NCBI GenBank assembly: GCA_965655095.1 | Contig: OZ296650.1 | Coordinates: 3,162,001-3,226,000 of the forward strand | Direction of reading: 5' to 3' | Source of the DNA: Haplodiscus bocki | Taxonomy: Eukaryota | DNA: 64,000 nt | Shown: positions 12,703-25,900 of the stretch, piece by piece | Layout: every line of letters starts with the position of its first letter | Position numbering within the stretch: position 1 is the first letter of the stretch | Program-made: the position numbers and the translations under genes | The notes under the pieces: model-generated | Database searches by the model: none | What the model was told of the DNA's origin: nothing | What the model saw: only the letters and a program-made list of their open reading frames with translations

Positions 12703-14024
12703 TAAGTACAAGTAACAAAACCTTCGTGAAGTAGTTGTTGATTAATGAACGCAGTCTCTAACATGGTACCCTGTGTTTGATTTTTTGGTAATGGCGTGTT
12801 TGTTCCTTTTCCTCGTTCTTTTATTTCAAATTATGAAAGTTGACTGGAAAATTGTCATAATGTGGCCGACAAAATTCTGATCAATTGTAACTGTTTAATG
12901 CCCACTGTTTTAACAGAGCGTCGCAGAATACGTACACCTGCTCATTGTCGACTGGGGTTCTGAAAGCAATCACATCCTTTTGCAGCTGAAAGAGAGAAAA
13001 AAGTGTAGTGGTAAACTTGGACGACCAATGTTATGAAGGCTTCTTTCGGTAAATTCGATTAAACAGATATTCCTATTTTATCATGCAGCAAACAAATGGG
13101 ACTTATTGGTTGTTTTACTGTGCATACAATTGGAATCGACTTTAAAGTGATCTGAGTTTTTAGTTTTTGTAACTTCTTAACAAAGTTAAATGATTTTCTT
13201 CAATAAATGTCGGTGTATTTCGTGAAAACTTTGAATTTGGCATGTTGTGTTGTTTTTTTCTGTATGTTAGTTTCTTTCAGTTACGTTTTTCCATAAACTT
13301 TGAATACTGCTAAACCCATGATTGTTGCTCTTTGCTCAGCATTGACTTTATGCCTGTTGTTTTTTTGTAGCTAATTGAACTTCTCATTGAAATGAAACCT
13401 TCCACAGATTACTTGCCTTGAAATATTGTTTTACGTAGCTTCAAGTTAACTTCATTTGTTTAAGTCAAAAAAGGCCGATTGTTTCATTTCTTTTGAATTG
13501 CTCTCATTGTCTGTGCAATGAATTGTTTTTTTAAAAAAACATTTTTCTTTCATGTTAGACTGGTTGTCATATAAAAGAACATTTTTACCCTGAATTAACA
13601 CGTTTTCAATCCGTATACTCTTTTCATTTGCATTTACAGCCAATAATATTCAGTGAAAGTTCATTGAAGATTGTAATTGTGACCAAACATACTCCTCATT
13701 CACTAAAGACTGAACTTTCAGACCGTTGAAACGTGAAAAAATGTTGAAAGAAGTCAGTTGCACCATTTGCGTGGCATCACTTAAAGGAACATGTAAATTT
13801 TTTCAATAGAAAAATAGCAAGAACTTTTCTATCAAACATTTTAATGTATACTAACGATACTCACTGTGACGTGGAGTTTTAATGAAATTGTATTTGATCA
13901 TGTTGAACTTCATCTTGTTTGTTTTAAATTTTGAGAAAAATTAGTTCTGCGTCCTGAATAGGTTGACAAAATGTCACTGTGTAAACCGCGTTGTATAAGA
14001 TGATGCTTGAAGAGATTGTTCCAG

Positions 14025-15032
14025 ATGATGACCACCCGTGTAAATACGGCCCAAATAACTGCTCCCAATTTCTTGCGCAACAGTGAGAACACATATATCC
14101 GAGGTGTTGTTTTGGTTTTTAAAAAATTTGATCGTCACCTACAGTTATTTCGACCGCAAGCTGTAAAAGCTAAAAGAATGACCCCTGACACAAACTATGA
14201 TCGCCTAATCATCATCGGCGAAATCCAGACGCGAGAATGCTTTGCAATAATAGCAGATTCTGCGCAGAAAAGTTCACTCCTTTTTGCTGACCGAAAATTA
14301 ACTATTGGTGCCATCGTTGATGTGAAAGAAGCTATTTTTTCCAACTCCTGCCTTGGTAACGATCGAACCAATCCAATTTTCAACGTGTCTCTTCCGTTAG
14401 AGGTAGTTACCGACGACCTGCCAATGGAGCCTATTCCTATCGATTTGAATCCCTCGACGGGTGCAATGTTCCACTTCTGTCTCCCACACCGACCCCTTTC
14501 GTTTTTGCACGCTATTCCTGCGTTTCCGACTTGTTCCGGTTTTTTGTGCGACAGAAGAAATAGAAAAAACGAAAGCATTTGTGCATGTTTGCAAAAATCA
14601 ACTTTGTCAGCATGGGTCATGTCATCAAGGGTAGTTAGTCAGGACATACTGAACGAAGACGATGATCCTCTAACAGGTGATATTCTGCAAAGTTTGTCAT
14701 TGACCAAACTTTTTTGTGAGGAAGCTATCATTAGATCGGCATACACATCAATTGACAGGGGACTTTTGAGAGAAGCTGTCATGCGTGTTGCTAACCATGT
14801 TAATAACAATGGTGGGTGGAGAGTGTCAGGCTTCTACAAAACTGCTTTAACAGAAGAAAACATTGCGCAAAATGTTCAAAGGGTGAGAATTTGTCGAATC
14901 ACTCCAGCGATTGAGATCCCTGTCAACTTGAAGTACAATGTGATTCCTTGGAATGGAGATGATACAAACCAGCCACCACGCCTTTTTCACGCTAAGCAAA
15001 TTTGCCGGCAAGTAACAATGCAAACAACATGA
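14025..15032 (+). CDS. ORF3, conserved ~335-aa protein, putative OB-fold/Zn ssDNA-binding protein (1-nt deletion alters the last ~12 aa)
   Basis: Clear homolog in B1 (30780-31787). Beta-rich N-terminal half with LTIGAIVDVKE and a CSGFLCD..CAC cluster. The fold is an inference. Confidence 0.75.
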   Translation: MMTTRVNTAQITAPNFLRNSENTYIRGVVLVFKKFDRHLQLFRPQAVKAKRMTPDTNYDRLIIIGEIQTRECFAIIADSAQKSSLLFADRKLTIGAIVDVKEAIFSNSCLGNDRTNPIFNVSLPLEVVTDDLPMEPIPIDLNPSTGAMFHFCLPHRPLSFLHAIPAFPTCSGFLCDRRNRKNESICACLQKSTLSAWVMSSRVVSQDILNEDDDPLTGDILQSLSLTKLFCEEAIIRSAYTSIDRGLLREAVMRVANHVNNNGGWRVSGFYKTALTEENIAQNVQRVRICRITPAIEIPVNLKYNVIPWNGDDTNQPPRLFHAKQICRQVTMQTT

Positions 15033-15780
15033 GATGAACACTTAATTGAACCAACAAAACTCAAACAAATCTTATGTCAATCACTGTTGTGATAATTTTT
15101 ACTACAGTTACAAATACTTGATTACCGGTTCAACACAGGTATTAGAGACATTTAAAACAAGGTGCAATGAATCATTCAGCAAGCTACCGAAAGTTGTTTG
15201 CATGCAACATCGACTGTCACAAGGCATTCGACCGTAAGGTGTTTGCCCAAAACTAATAGATCAATTGTCGTTAAAGAAAATGAGAGTTGTCATGAAGTGG
15301 ATTTGTTTTATGTGCATCCAATTGAACTTACAAGGGTTGCTACCATTCAAGTTACTGAGATTTCACTTTGTATTACTGGTCAACTTTATTTAGCACAGTT
15401 TAAGTTGTTTTCTGTAGTTGATACGTATAATGTTCATTAAAAATTAAATGGGTCATTCAGGAAAAGTTTGTGTGCAGCTCTTTATAACTAATCACCTCAA
15501 ATCTAATTCAATGTCCACTGAGACAGAAAATTTGCTACAGTTTTGTATAATTTTAACATAATTTTGAAAATTTCTGTTACAAATAATTCGGAATTGAAAG
15601 AAAAAACTGCAACGAGTTTTTATGAATTGGCCCAAGTAAAAATTTTGCGGCACCGACATTTTCCCAGCCCAGTAGTTCAGTACAAACTTTCAGCAATGCT
15701 TGATTCCCGCCTTCAGAATGTTGACGGATTTCAGATGAAGTAGAGAAACTGACTTTTTACCTGGTTTTTCTTCTTCCACG

Positions 15781-16384
15781 AAAAATCGTCATAACCGTCA
15801 TTATTTTCGGCAATTTGACCAAAACTGTTTTTTTGTCGAAAAATTATCTTTCATTTGACACAGGTCCCGTCACGTTGTGACGAAAGCTTACATCACTTTT
15901 TTAACATCAAATTGGGAGAAATGACAAAATGATCGATTTTGGCCTATTTTTGACAAATTTGAAAGGTCATATCTCCTAGGGTAAAAGGCCCCGGCCAAAA
16001 ATTTTTGGCATGTAGGTAGTTCACAACAATTCTGCTTCACACAAAAAAATTGGGTCCGATGCTATGGTTAAAGTGTGGAGATATTGCGAAAAAAACATCG
16101 AAACCTGCCAAAAAACAGGATCATTGCGTCATATCTCCCCAACCAAAAGAAAACAAATGATGTAAGTGCCAAAAATCTTCATACATCGGCGGACTCTATC
16201 CACATGCATAGTTTGATCAAAATCGTATGGTTAGGTTTCGAGATCGTGTTTTCTACGGGTGGGTGCGGGTAAGTGTAAACTTGGTTATTGAAACTCGGCA
16301 CAGGGGCCCCTCCCCCGCCTCGCAACAGTTTTGTGTCGCTAAAAAGCTTGACCACCCAGTGGAGGCGACGGTGAAAATTACCAG
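15781..16384 (+). repeat. 3' subterminal/terminal region of A1, with blocks shared with family B
   Basis: Blocks CGTCATAACCGTCATT, ATTCTGCTTCACAC, GCCAAAAAACAG, AGTTTGATCAAAATCGTATGG, AGGGGCCCCTCCCCCGCCTCGC and TGACCACCCAGTGGAGGC recur near 32820-33421, 49520-50121 and 50570-51170. Confidence 0.85.
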
Positions 16385-19300
16385 AAGGCGTGAGGTTTGA
16401 ATCGGTGTTTCTTTCGTGTTCAGATTTATTTTCTGCGACAAACGGGCGTAGTCCTGTCATTGTGCGTCAGTCAACGTGAAGCCGTGAAGCAGTATGTTGT
16501 CAATTTTTGTGACGAAGACGAAAAATGCCTTTTGGGTGGCAAATATTGACAGAATTATCGTCGTCAATCCTTATTTCAGATTGTTGTTCTAACTTCTCTG
16601 TCTCCTGCATGAGAGGTAACTTTGTTTTCCTGTAGACGCACTGGATTTGCCGATGCAGTTTGGGAAAGGTGCAGTTAGGCGGTGAATACGAAGGGGCCGG
16701 AAGTATGCTGAGCAATGAACAGTTGTTATCTTGGAACAAAATATGTTTTTGTTAAAATTTAAGTTTAACAGTTACTTTTAATCTTTTCTTCAGCTACCAA
16801 AATTCTGGGTTTTTGTCCAATTCATTAGTAAAATTTATCTGTACTTAAAATATGAAAGGTGAGTAAAGTTTTGTTTTAACTCTAAGTTTTTATCCATACT
16901 TTTGCTGTTTCTTTTGGAGCTGTTCCCAGAAATTTTTTTGTCTCATTGCTGTTGTTGTTTCTTTAAACAAAGAAAAAACTTGACTGGTGTTCAATTACGC
17001 ACTCCAAAGTTATGTTTGGATTCTGCCTTCGTGGAAAAAACAATAATTGTTTTGTTGTTTCTAATGTTTTCTGCAGGGATGAACTTGACAATGCAGCTTT
17101 GCAATGGGATACTAACATTTAGTGAACAAAAATCAGGATATTGGAAGCGGGTGGTCTCCACGAACCTTAAGCGTTGTTTGAACCTCGAAAATCACGAGCA
17201 AGTTTCTCCAGTTTCTCATACCTATGAGATTCATTTTCAAGGTTTTCAATGATTGTTATAACTTACATTGGTTTTTTGAAAAATGTGTCTGATTAATATC
17301 AACCACCCATTCCGCCGCTCTCGAAAATGAATTTCTGAATAGTTTTGTTGAATGAAATTTTAATGTTCAAAAAAAAAGAGGCAACGGAATGATGACTTGT
17401 TTTTGATCGACACCAAATGCTATTTTTTTTCCGGGCTCAGGTGGAGTTTTTTATTGGAAACGTTGCACTACGCATCTGGTAGGTAATTTATTTTTTTGTT
17501 GTTTTGTATTTTAATGGATAACACGATTCATCACAATCATTTCTTCAATTAAGGCTTCCTGCGCTGTAGCTGCTTCTTTTTGTTTGAATCAAGCGTTTCT
17601 TGACGGGAAAGGTCCGGTTTCCCCTTGTGTTGGCATGAAGTTTCACTAACCAATAATGTTTTTCAATCAGCACATAAGTAGAAAAGTAAAGATGGCTACT
17701 GCACGCTTCCTCGTGGCTTCATGTTTTCGCGTTAATTCGCTTTCTTCATTTGTTTACAACGTTGTCCGAGCCAATTTTCCCTAAATAATTACGTTTTTTA
17801 TTCATGGCTTCCCATTGACATGACTGTCCTGCTTTTACGGTCAACATTTTTAAGAAAAGCACCCAACCTTTTTTTTCCGCAATAATGTCTTCCTAAAAAT
17901 AATTTCCTTTTTTGAAGACTGTACTGACAATTCGAAATTTCCGATATTTTCGCGAAACTAATAAGTTTCGTTAGTCCAGATTGAGTAACGAACGGGGCAT
18001 TTCCTCAGCTATTTAATTCCATCACTTGTTCAACATTTTACCGAATTTCAGATTCGTCCTTCCCTTCTTTGACTTTTTCTTCCTGATTTTAAATTATAGA
18101 ATTTCCAGAAGCAAATTATTGTTTTTTATTGTAGAGCTTATTATTTTATTCACAATGTTTTTCTAATTTTGCTAATTCCCATCCTGATACTCTGATCCCC
18201 CAGAGTCATTTGGAATTTTGGTGGACGGAAGGCAATTCACTTCTGCTACCTTATGCTAGTTCTCTTACGACTGTTCACATTAGCATATGTTTCTCCGCAG
18301 ACATATATAAAACATCGTTAATGTTTGTAAAGTGATTGATTAAAAATAAAAACGTATTTCATCTTTAACTTCATAAATATCTTTTATATGCGTAACTTTT
18401 TCTCACACGCAATGGCTGGCTTTGGCAGCCTTTTTCTGCGGAATAATATTTCCGTTAACTGCCAATTTTCTCACTTGGACTAGCCTGGTTGTTTAAAAGT
18501 CAATGCTTTCGAATCTTAAGGTCCACTTTGAGGCTCTTTCTTTCCTGCAGTGAAGATTTTATGAAATGGCTCCACTGCCAGAAATTCAAAATTTCAAATA
18601 TGATTTACTTGTAAAAGATCATCGGGAAGTGGATGTTCATCTAATTGTCAGTAGACGGAATCAAGACAATAAGAAGCCAAGGCGGGATAGCCATATTGAT
18701 CAATGACTTTAACCGATTCAATTTTTCAAGTTCAAGATGCAAACTATATCACAACGATTAACTGTGTCTGAATGATGCTAGGCAGTTGGAATTGCACACA
18801 ACTATGGCACTTTTTGAACATCCTTGATCCATTCTTTTTATGTTTTCATCAAGAGATTTCGTATCTGGAGCCTTGAAATTTTCCCCTCTGTTCCATCAAC
18901 GTGCCTGTTCATCTATCACCGTTGACGAAAGGACATGAAATAAAACAACGAATAGAGTTTGCGGAATTTGTTACTAAGCTCTTGATTTCAAGAAGCTTTC
19001 CAACGTTGAAGTAATTTAAAAAAAATACTAAATTCATTTTTATGACGCCTAAAGACTGTCAGTAGTGGTTTACGTTGTGTATTTCAATGAAATAGGCCGT
19101 GAATATATGATTTTGAGAATTTGTCGGAGAGAAAATGTGAATTCGACGGAGAATGATGGAAATGTAGAGCTTCCCATTGTTCCTCCCAACTGAAACAAAA
19201 TTTGTACCAACAATTCTCTGTACCCCCTTATTTTTATGAAATTGTTATTGGATGCTTTTTTTAGACTGTCAAATTCTTGAGCTTTTTCGTATCTTAAATC

Positions 19301-19647
19301 TGGTCTCTTTTCGTCTTCTATACGACATTTTCTTCGAAACCTAGACTGATCTTTTCAACTTTACATCTGTTAAAACCAGCTACTTACTTCATAGATGAAA
19401 CAAAGGTACTGATTTTTTTGGGCCCTTGAATATAAAATTTTTTTACCTGCAAAAACTGAATTGAATTGATGCCTGGTTTACACCAGTGAAAAAGACTACG
19501 AACCTCTGAAAACTTTGTTGGGTCTTAATTTACCCAACTTCAGTTACTTGGTGCCATTTTTTGCAAAAAGTTTTCAAGTTCCTAAGTGTTTTGTGAAACT
19601 GAAAAATTACGTTGTGTTCGATTGAAGTCAATAAAACTGCTGAGGAA

Positions 19648-19685
19648 GCCTTGGTTTTGCTCCTGTGCGTTCGCAAAACCAAGGC
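19648..19685. promoter_or_regulatory. 13-bp inverted repeat, 12-nt spacer (B1 copy)
   Basis: GCCTTGGTTTTGC tcctgtgcgttc GCAAAACCAAGGC. Confidence 0.7.
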
Positions 19686-19946
19686 GTCTGGTTTATGAAT
19701 GGTTGGAATTGAATTATGATTTTTTACAGTACTGCCTTATCTTTTTCGCGGCATCGAACCTGAAATTTAATTAGGCAGGCAACGGTTTGTAATTGAACCG
19801 TAAAAGACTTCGCTCAAACGACAATTTGATGTATTTACCTATTATACGAATTTCCCTGCTAATTCTTCAACGTGTGTTTGTATTGTAACATCTTGTTTTT
19901 TCATATAGTCATGATCCCACTGAATTAATGTCTGTTGTGTTTTACA

Positions 19947-22900
19947 ATGTCAAAACAAAACAACAAAGGAAACTTGAAGCGTCGTCGTTGTACTTCCTGT
20001 GGACAATTTGTTGGAGAACATCATGTGTGTGCAAAATCAATTGAGCTGGAACTTCAGGTCAACGAGCCTTTAGGAATTTTATACAAAATTCCCGATGCAT
20101 CAGTTGCTGTGTCACCTACCGCGAGAACGGAGATACACAGCTCGCTGAACACTTTGGGGTTGATGGACTTTTTAAAGCCTACAAAAACAGCTATCGGAAA
20201 CGATAGAGTTATCTGCTCCATGCAGCCAGTCCGGGTAACAGCAGTGCTTGGGGACGGTAATTGCCTTTTTTCTTCTCTGGCAGTTGCTCTGGGACTGTCA
20301 CATGAATGTGGCCCAATCATACGTAACATTATTGTCAGCCACATGAATTTAATCAGTTTCCCCCCTAATAGCCTGCAAACATCTGTTTACTCCGATGACT
20401 TTCCCAACCAACATCGTGTTTTGAGTTGTACTTCCGTCGATGAGTACCTCCGCGAATCTAGAATGGCAGAAAATGGTGTTTTTGGAAGCTGTGTAGAAAT
20501 ATATTCATTTTGCCAAATCTTCAAAGTAGATGTTTTTTTGTACCATGTTCCATTCAAATCCTGGATGATTTATGAATGTTCCTCCAACGTAAATAGAAAA
20601 GGAATTTTCATTCAACAAAACCGGAATGCAAATCACTTCGAGGTGATAACAGAGCTGGTTTCAATTGGTCCTGAAAGCTCCAGCTTATCGCAAGTTGCAT
20701 CAATTAATCGCCCTCCTTCTCAATCAAGCGAAACTAATCATTGGAGTCAAGCCTTGCAGAACTGCGAAGGAACTGAAACTGAACCAGCTTCGAAAAAAAG
20801 CAAAGTCAATTCTGATTACACCTGGGAAGAGCACCCTGACCCGCTCGCATTAAGTCTCTTCGCCAATTCTGTATCTACCAAAATGAAGAAACTTTCGGCC
20901 TTGGAAACATTATCAACAAATTCAACGAACCTCCCAAAGAACGATTGTTCACAAATGCTGGAACCCCCATGTTTTGACTTTTCCCCAACAGATAGTGTTT
21001 CAGGAAATATGCACACGAACGGCGAGTGCCCCAATTTGGGCGGATGTGACTGTTGCGCAAAATGCATGCGCCAGTCAACAGTTCTTTACCCTTTAAAGTT
21101 GAAGAGGAAGAATAAATTTGATCTTAAAAACCGTGTGTTTGGAAACAAGCTAACGGAGCCCATTGTTGTTTTATGTAAGCTCTGTCTTCTCTATTGCACA
21201 ACCGAAAGTTATGATTGGTACAATGCTTGGCCCTCTGTGTTTTTCAGCCTATTGAGTGATCAAGACATGCCAGTTAGAACCCAAATGGATATTTTGTCTT
21301 TGTTACCTTGGGAATTGAGACAGCAGTGGATGACATCCATGCACTACTTTCCCCTGTGCGTTCAAAGATGTCTAAGTCGGAAACGGATTGCTGGGAAATG
21401 TTCCGTTGAGGGGACGCTTCGTTTGCGTCGTTTCCACGAACTCATGAAAACCTTGAAGCAGACTAACATTGCTCTTGCCCTGGACAATGAACCTTATCCC
21501 AACGTCCGCTGCCCATATGGGTGCTGGTGTTTCATTGAAGAATCAGGTTGGATACCCGCAAATCACTTCATCAATCTTTTTGAAAGAAACTTTACCTCGT
21601 TTCAGTCCTCCAGCTTCCTGCATCTAAGAGGAATTAGGTCCGACTTTTTGACACCATTTGTGTCCCTGCGCCAGTTCTTAGTAGCGACTACAGTGCGAGT
21701 TGATGAAAAAGCGGGACTCGTGGTTCAGGCTTGCTCCAGGCACTCAAGAGGCTCCAGTGTGCAGTACTTTCATCCGCCATCACATACTTCGCTGGTGCGA
21801 ACTACAGTGAATTATGAAGAACGTCTTAGTGCCATCGCACCCACATTGTCGTTCATCTCAAGCATAAAAGCCAACTTCGCCAGTCATACGTACCAATTGC
21901 TAAGAAGTGTTGGCTCTTACAGTGGATTGAGCACAGTCCGATTGAAGCGGAAAACGCGCTGGGATTTCACTAGTGACATTTTGTATCATGCTGAAGGCGT
22001 CGCTTGTCATTTCAGAGAAGACATCAAAACAATGATTCGTGAGTGGGTAAGACAGGGTAAAATCCTTGATGACGTAGCTTCGGGAATGCTGGATTATGTA
22101 CCGGACAAAAAGAAAGTCAACAGTTGTTTGTCACAGGCCACTTCAATAGACTTACAAACATGCCTGGACCTCACGAAAATAGTGGAAATGAATGAAAAAG
22201 AATATCTCAACAATGTTGAGTCGTTGAGTTGTTACACTCTCGTTCATGGGAATGATGATTACGGCTGCTCTCCACCTCCTCTGGAAAATAGAGTAAGCAC
22301 AGTATCGTGGATTGTGCAGGCTGCAGTTTGTGTTTCCCCAATACTTTGTCGATCCTTAGTGAACTCATCAAAATACAGTGTGACACTTAGGCCTTTGTTC
22401 ACTTTACTCAGGAAAGTGTTGCTTGGCACCGCAAGAATGAATACAGCAAAAGTTTTATGGCTTGTTAGAAAATCCGAACAAGCAGTCTCAGCTGTCATAG
22501 AACAAACTAACACTGATGACAAAACAGAGGGAACAACCGACTGTTGTTGTTTTGTAGGAGCAAGGTTTCTTTCAGAAATTTGTGACACCATTCAACACGT
22601 TCCCTTAAACAAACGGAAGAATATCGGTTCAGCCACAACAGAGCAAGTTTCGTACAACATGACTCATGCCATTTTTACGACAGGTTCCCCAAAAAATTTG
22701 CGGAACAAGGTGAAACCACCGTTAACCCTGATTATTTCCGACAATGAATTCGAATTGATTGCAGTTGGAACGAAGGATGGAAGCAGCAAGGGAGAACCGA
22801 GGTGGTTGGTTAGACATGGAGGGAGGTTTCAGGGGTTTTGGCTCATTGAGAAAAGTAAAAAATTTGCCACAAAAACAGAAGGCTCTCCGACTGATGCCCT

Positions 22901-25900
22901 GGAAACTTTCATTCGGGGTTATTGGACAATTTCAATTTATCAAAGGTCAAGAAATGTTGAATTGATTGATTTGAAGTGGAAATTTCTGAGCACTTTGACA
23001 GGTCAGGATATTTTTATTTGTGCACATCACACAATTCCTTTAACAAGAGATTTCAGAAACAGTGGTTTCCAATGTCGATGTAATCGTGCATCGTTTTTGC
23101 GCTGCCCGCATTTGCAGTGCTACTCTTGCGTTTGCAAGCGTCACTTCAATGAAGGTCTACAGCAGCAACACAGACGTATTTTAATTGATTCAGTACCGTT
23201 GGAGAAGTTAAATAAAACTAATTCCCCTTCTCTGGTATCGGAATCATCTTCGTCACGGGATTTTATTGAGCCCAACAGCATGCCTGCAAATGAACCAATT
23301 CAACCAGATGCGGCAGCAGAAACGCTTGACATTGCATCAAGCAACAGTTCGTCCGTCAGTTATATTGTTCATCCGGAAACAAATGACGAAGAATTCGAAG
23401 ATGACAACTTGAGAATAATGGCTACATTAAAAACCAACTCAGATGAAAAACTGATTTCCGTGGATCTTGAACGAAAAGAAGATGCCTTCAAACTACCGCT
23501 CCATATTCTTTTAAACTCACAATGCAATCTTCTTTATCGACGTAACGGGAATCCAATCAGCCTTTCTCTGAAAGAAAAACGTTTCCTGGAAAATATTTCA
23601 GCTGTTTCGACGTCTGCATTACCGCTCATTCAACCCGAAGCTCTTCTTTTTCCATCGATTTTTTGGTGTCAAGCTAGCAGCGGCAGTTTTCCAGGAGCAA
23701 TACCAACGGCTTTATACAATTCATCCAAGTACAACAAACAGCTGGGTTTCGCCGGTTTGGATGACATGCTTCGAACTCGAATCAAGGACGGCTCTCTTTT
23801 GACATCTTGCAATCCTACTTATTTGCAGTATGTGTTTGATTGCCTCTTGAACATGCAGCTTCATAAAAGTGACATTAGGATAATACTAAATCGAGGATGG
23901 CAAGAAGTTAATTCGGTTCCTCATAATTGCTCTTTTCTTTCGACTCAAACTTTCAAGTTTGATTGTGCCGAAAGTCGAAAAAATGTCTGCGAACTTGCGG
24001 CTTTGATTAGAGACAAAAATCCAACCCACTTTGTGACATACACTTGTAGTCAATCGACCCACCCGGGGATTCGCAAAATCTTTGAAGCACTGCTTGAAAT
24101 GTATCCCGCAGAAACCACTCCAAAGGAAGTACTTGCAGCAGCAATTCAAGCTGAGCTCATGCCCATGCTCAGGTCTTGGTACCGCGCCTCTCAATATGTA
24201 ATGGAATGGGTGAAAAATTCACCAGAAGAACCACTTGGTCCTGTGTCTCATATTTGGATGAGGTACGAATGGCAAGAAGAGACAGCTGGCTTTCCACACT
24301 TGCATGCTATATTGTGCACACCAGAAGATAAATTTAGTGATGATGTACGATCTCGAGTTTGCTGTTCAAAACAAACGTTTTTGGGTGGCTTAGAAGTCAG
24401 TTGCCCCGAATTGAACGCAGTCGAACGTTTCCAACTGGGTGAACTTTACCAAAAGTATCAAACCCATAACTGTTCGAAAGGCCGTAAACGTTGCCATAAG
24501 AAGACAGACAGGCTGGACAAACCAATTTGTCGTGTACCTAAATATCCTCCTTCGAATTGTTTTTCTTTCAAGGAAATTCCTGTGAACTTTTCCTGCGAAA
24601 CAATGGGACTTCTGCGAGAAATGGAACTGGCAGACATAGATGAAAACTCGCTATTCCCAAAAGTGAAAGATCCTTTAACGGCCGGAAAACATCATTATCC
24701 CACTGTTTCTAACGAACATTATTCACCAACGAACGCTGCTCTTTTTGCTTTGACACAATCCAGCACCAATGTTCAAATATGTGACGACTACATGGCCCCC
24801 CGCTACGTTGCAAAATATGCAGCCGGCATTGAATCTCGAGCAGTTGCCAAAATTGTTGCTGGTGAAACAGAAAATAGTGTCAAAGTTTTAACAGAACCAA
24901 TCGCACATGAAAAAATAGCTGGGGTACAGGCTTCGCAAAAGAAAATGAGAGGCGATGAAAAACAAAAATCGGTAACTGGTCGTGTGGTCAGCATAACAGA
25001 GTGTCTCTGGTGGTCCTTACAGCTTCCTTATGTCTGCACAAATGTCGATTTTGTTCACGTGCCAACTGTTCCCAAAGAAAATCGATCTGGAATTATCACT
25101 GAAAAACGCTTTAGCAATAAAATTAAGTTGGGCGCCACGTTTATGGAAGGAATCCGAGTTCGGAAACACGTTTTACAACTTCCAAAGCACCGGCAGTTCA
25201 CAAGAACACAAAGTTTTCTTCTTGCAGATGTTGAAAACAGCTCTATTTCGCCAGACAAAGTAACAGTTTTTGGACTCCGCCTACCTGAACTTTTGTTTGT
25301 CTCGAAGTTAAAAAATTACTACAGTTGGTTTGTTCGTTGTAAACCGCAAACAAAAAAATCCATCAGCAATCATGAAGTGTTCTTGAAGAGAAGCTTCCGC
25401 AGAAGTTGTTGGGTTGATGCATTGGGGTATTTGGTTAAACTACGCCCTTGTTCAGTGGACGCTTTCGTAAATTTCTGTCGTGCAAATGGTACCGATGGAC
25501 GGGATGGGATTCTAAAACGCGAAATGAGAATACACATTGTTCCGTTGCTTGTGACGAAAAAAGCATCACAATTTGTTGCTCACTGGAAGCAGTTGTCCGA
25601 AGAAGATGCCGTGGTTGTTTTCAGTAACGTTTTGCCGAATAACCCAACTAAATTTCTACTACATGTGCTCTTGACTAATGGAGAATTTGACACAGAGATG
25701 GACATTCTGAACGTGCAGTCTTTCAAAGAAGCTTTCACAACAGCTAAAATTATTCCAAGCTGTAACATAAACGCCAAGACCGTGCAAAATTTAACACGGA
25801 ATTATTTGCTGAAACAGCTGCGTTTTGTACCTGGGTCCTCGAAACTAATTGACAAATACCTTTTAATGGCTCACAGTGTTCTTTCAGAGGCTCTGTTAGT

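Larger units (their letters stand above)
1..16384 (+). mobile_element. Helitron-like rolling-circle element, family A copy 1 (5' end lies ~0.56 kb before the window)
   Basis: Carries Rep-helicase, SGNH and ORF3 genes. Position 1 aligns with 33987 in copy A2. Ends ...CCACCCAGTGGAGGCGACGGTGAAAATTACCAG at 16384, where family B sequence begins. Confidence 0.9.

Noticed and set aside
16075-16272. 65-aa ORF repeated at 49812-50009
   Set aside because: GTG start, lies within the conserved terminal cis region and is not preserved as an ORF in family B; the conservation is explained at the DNA level.
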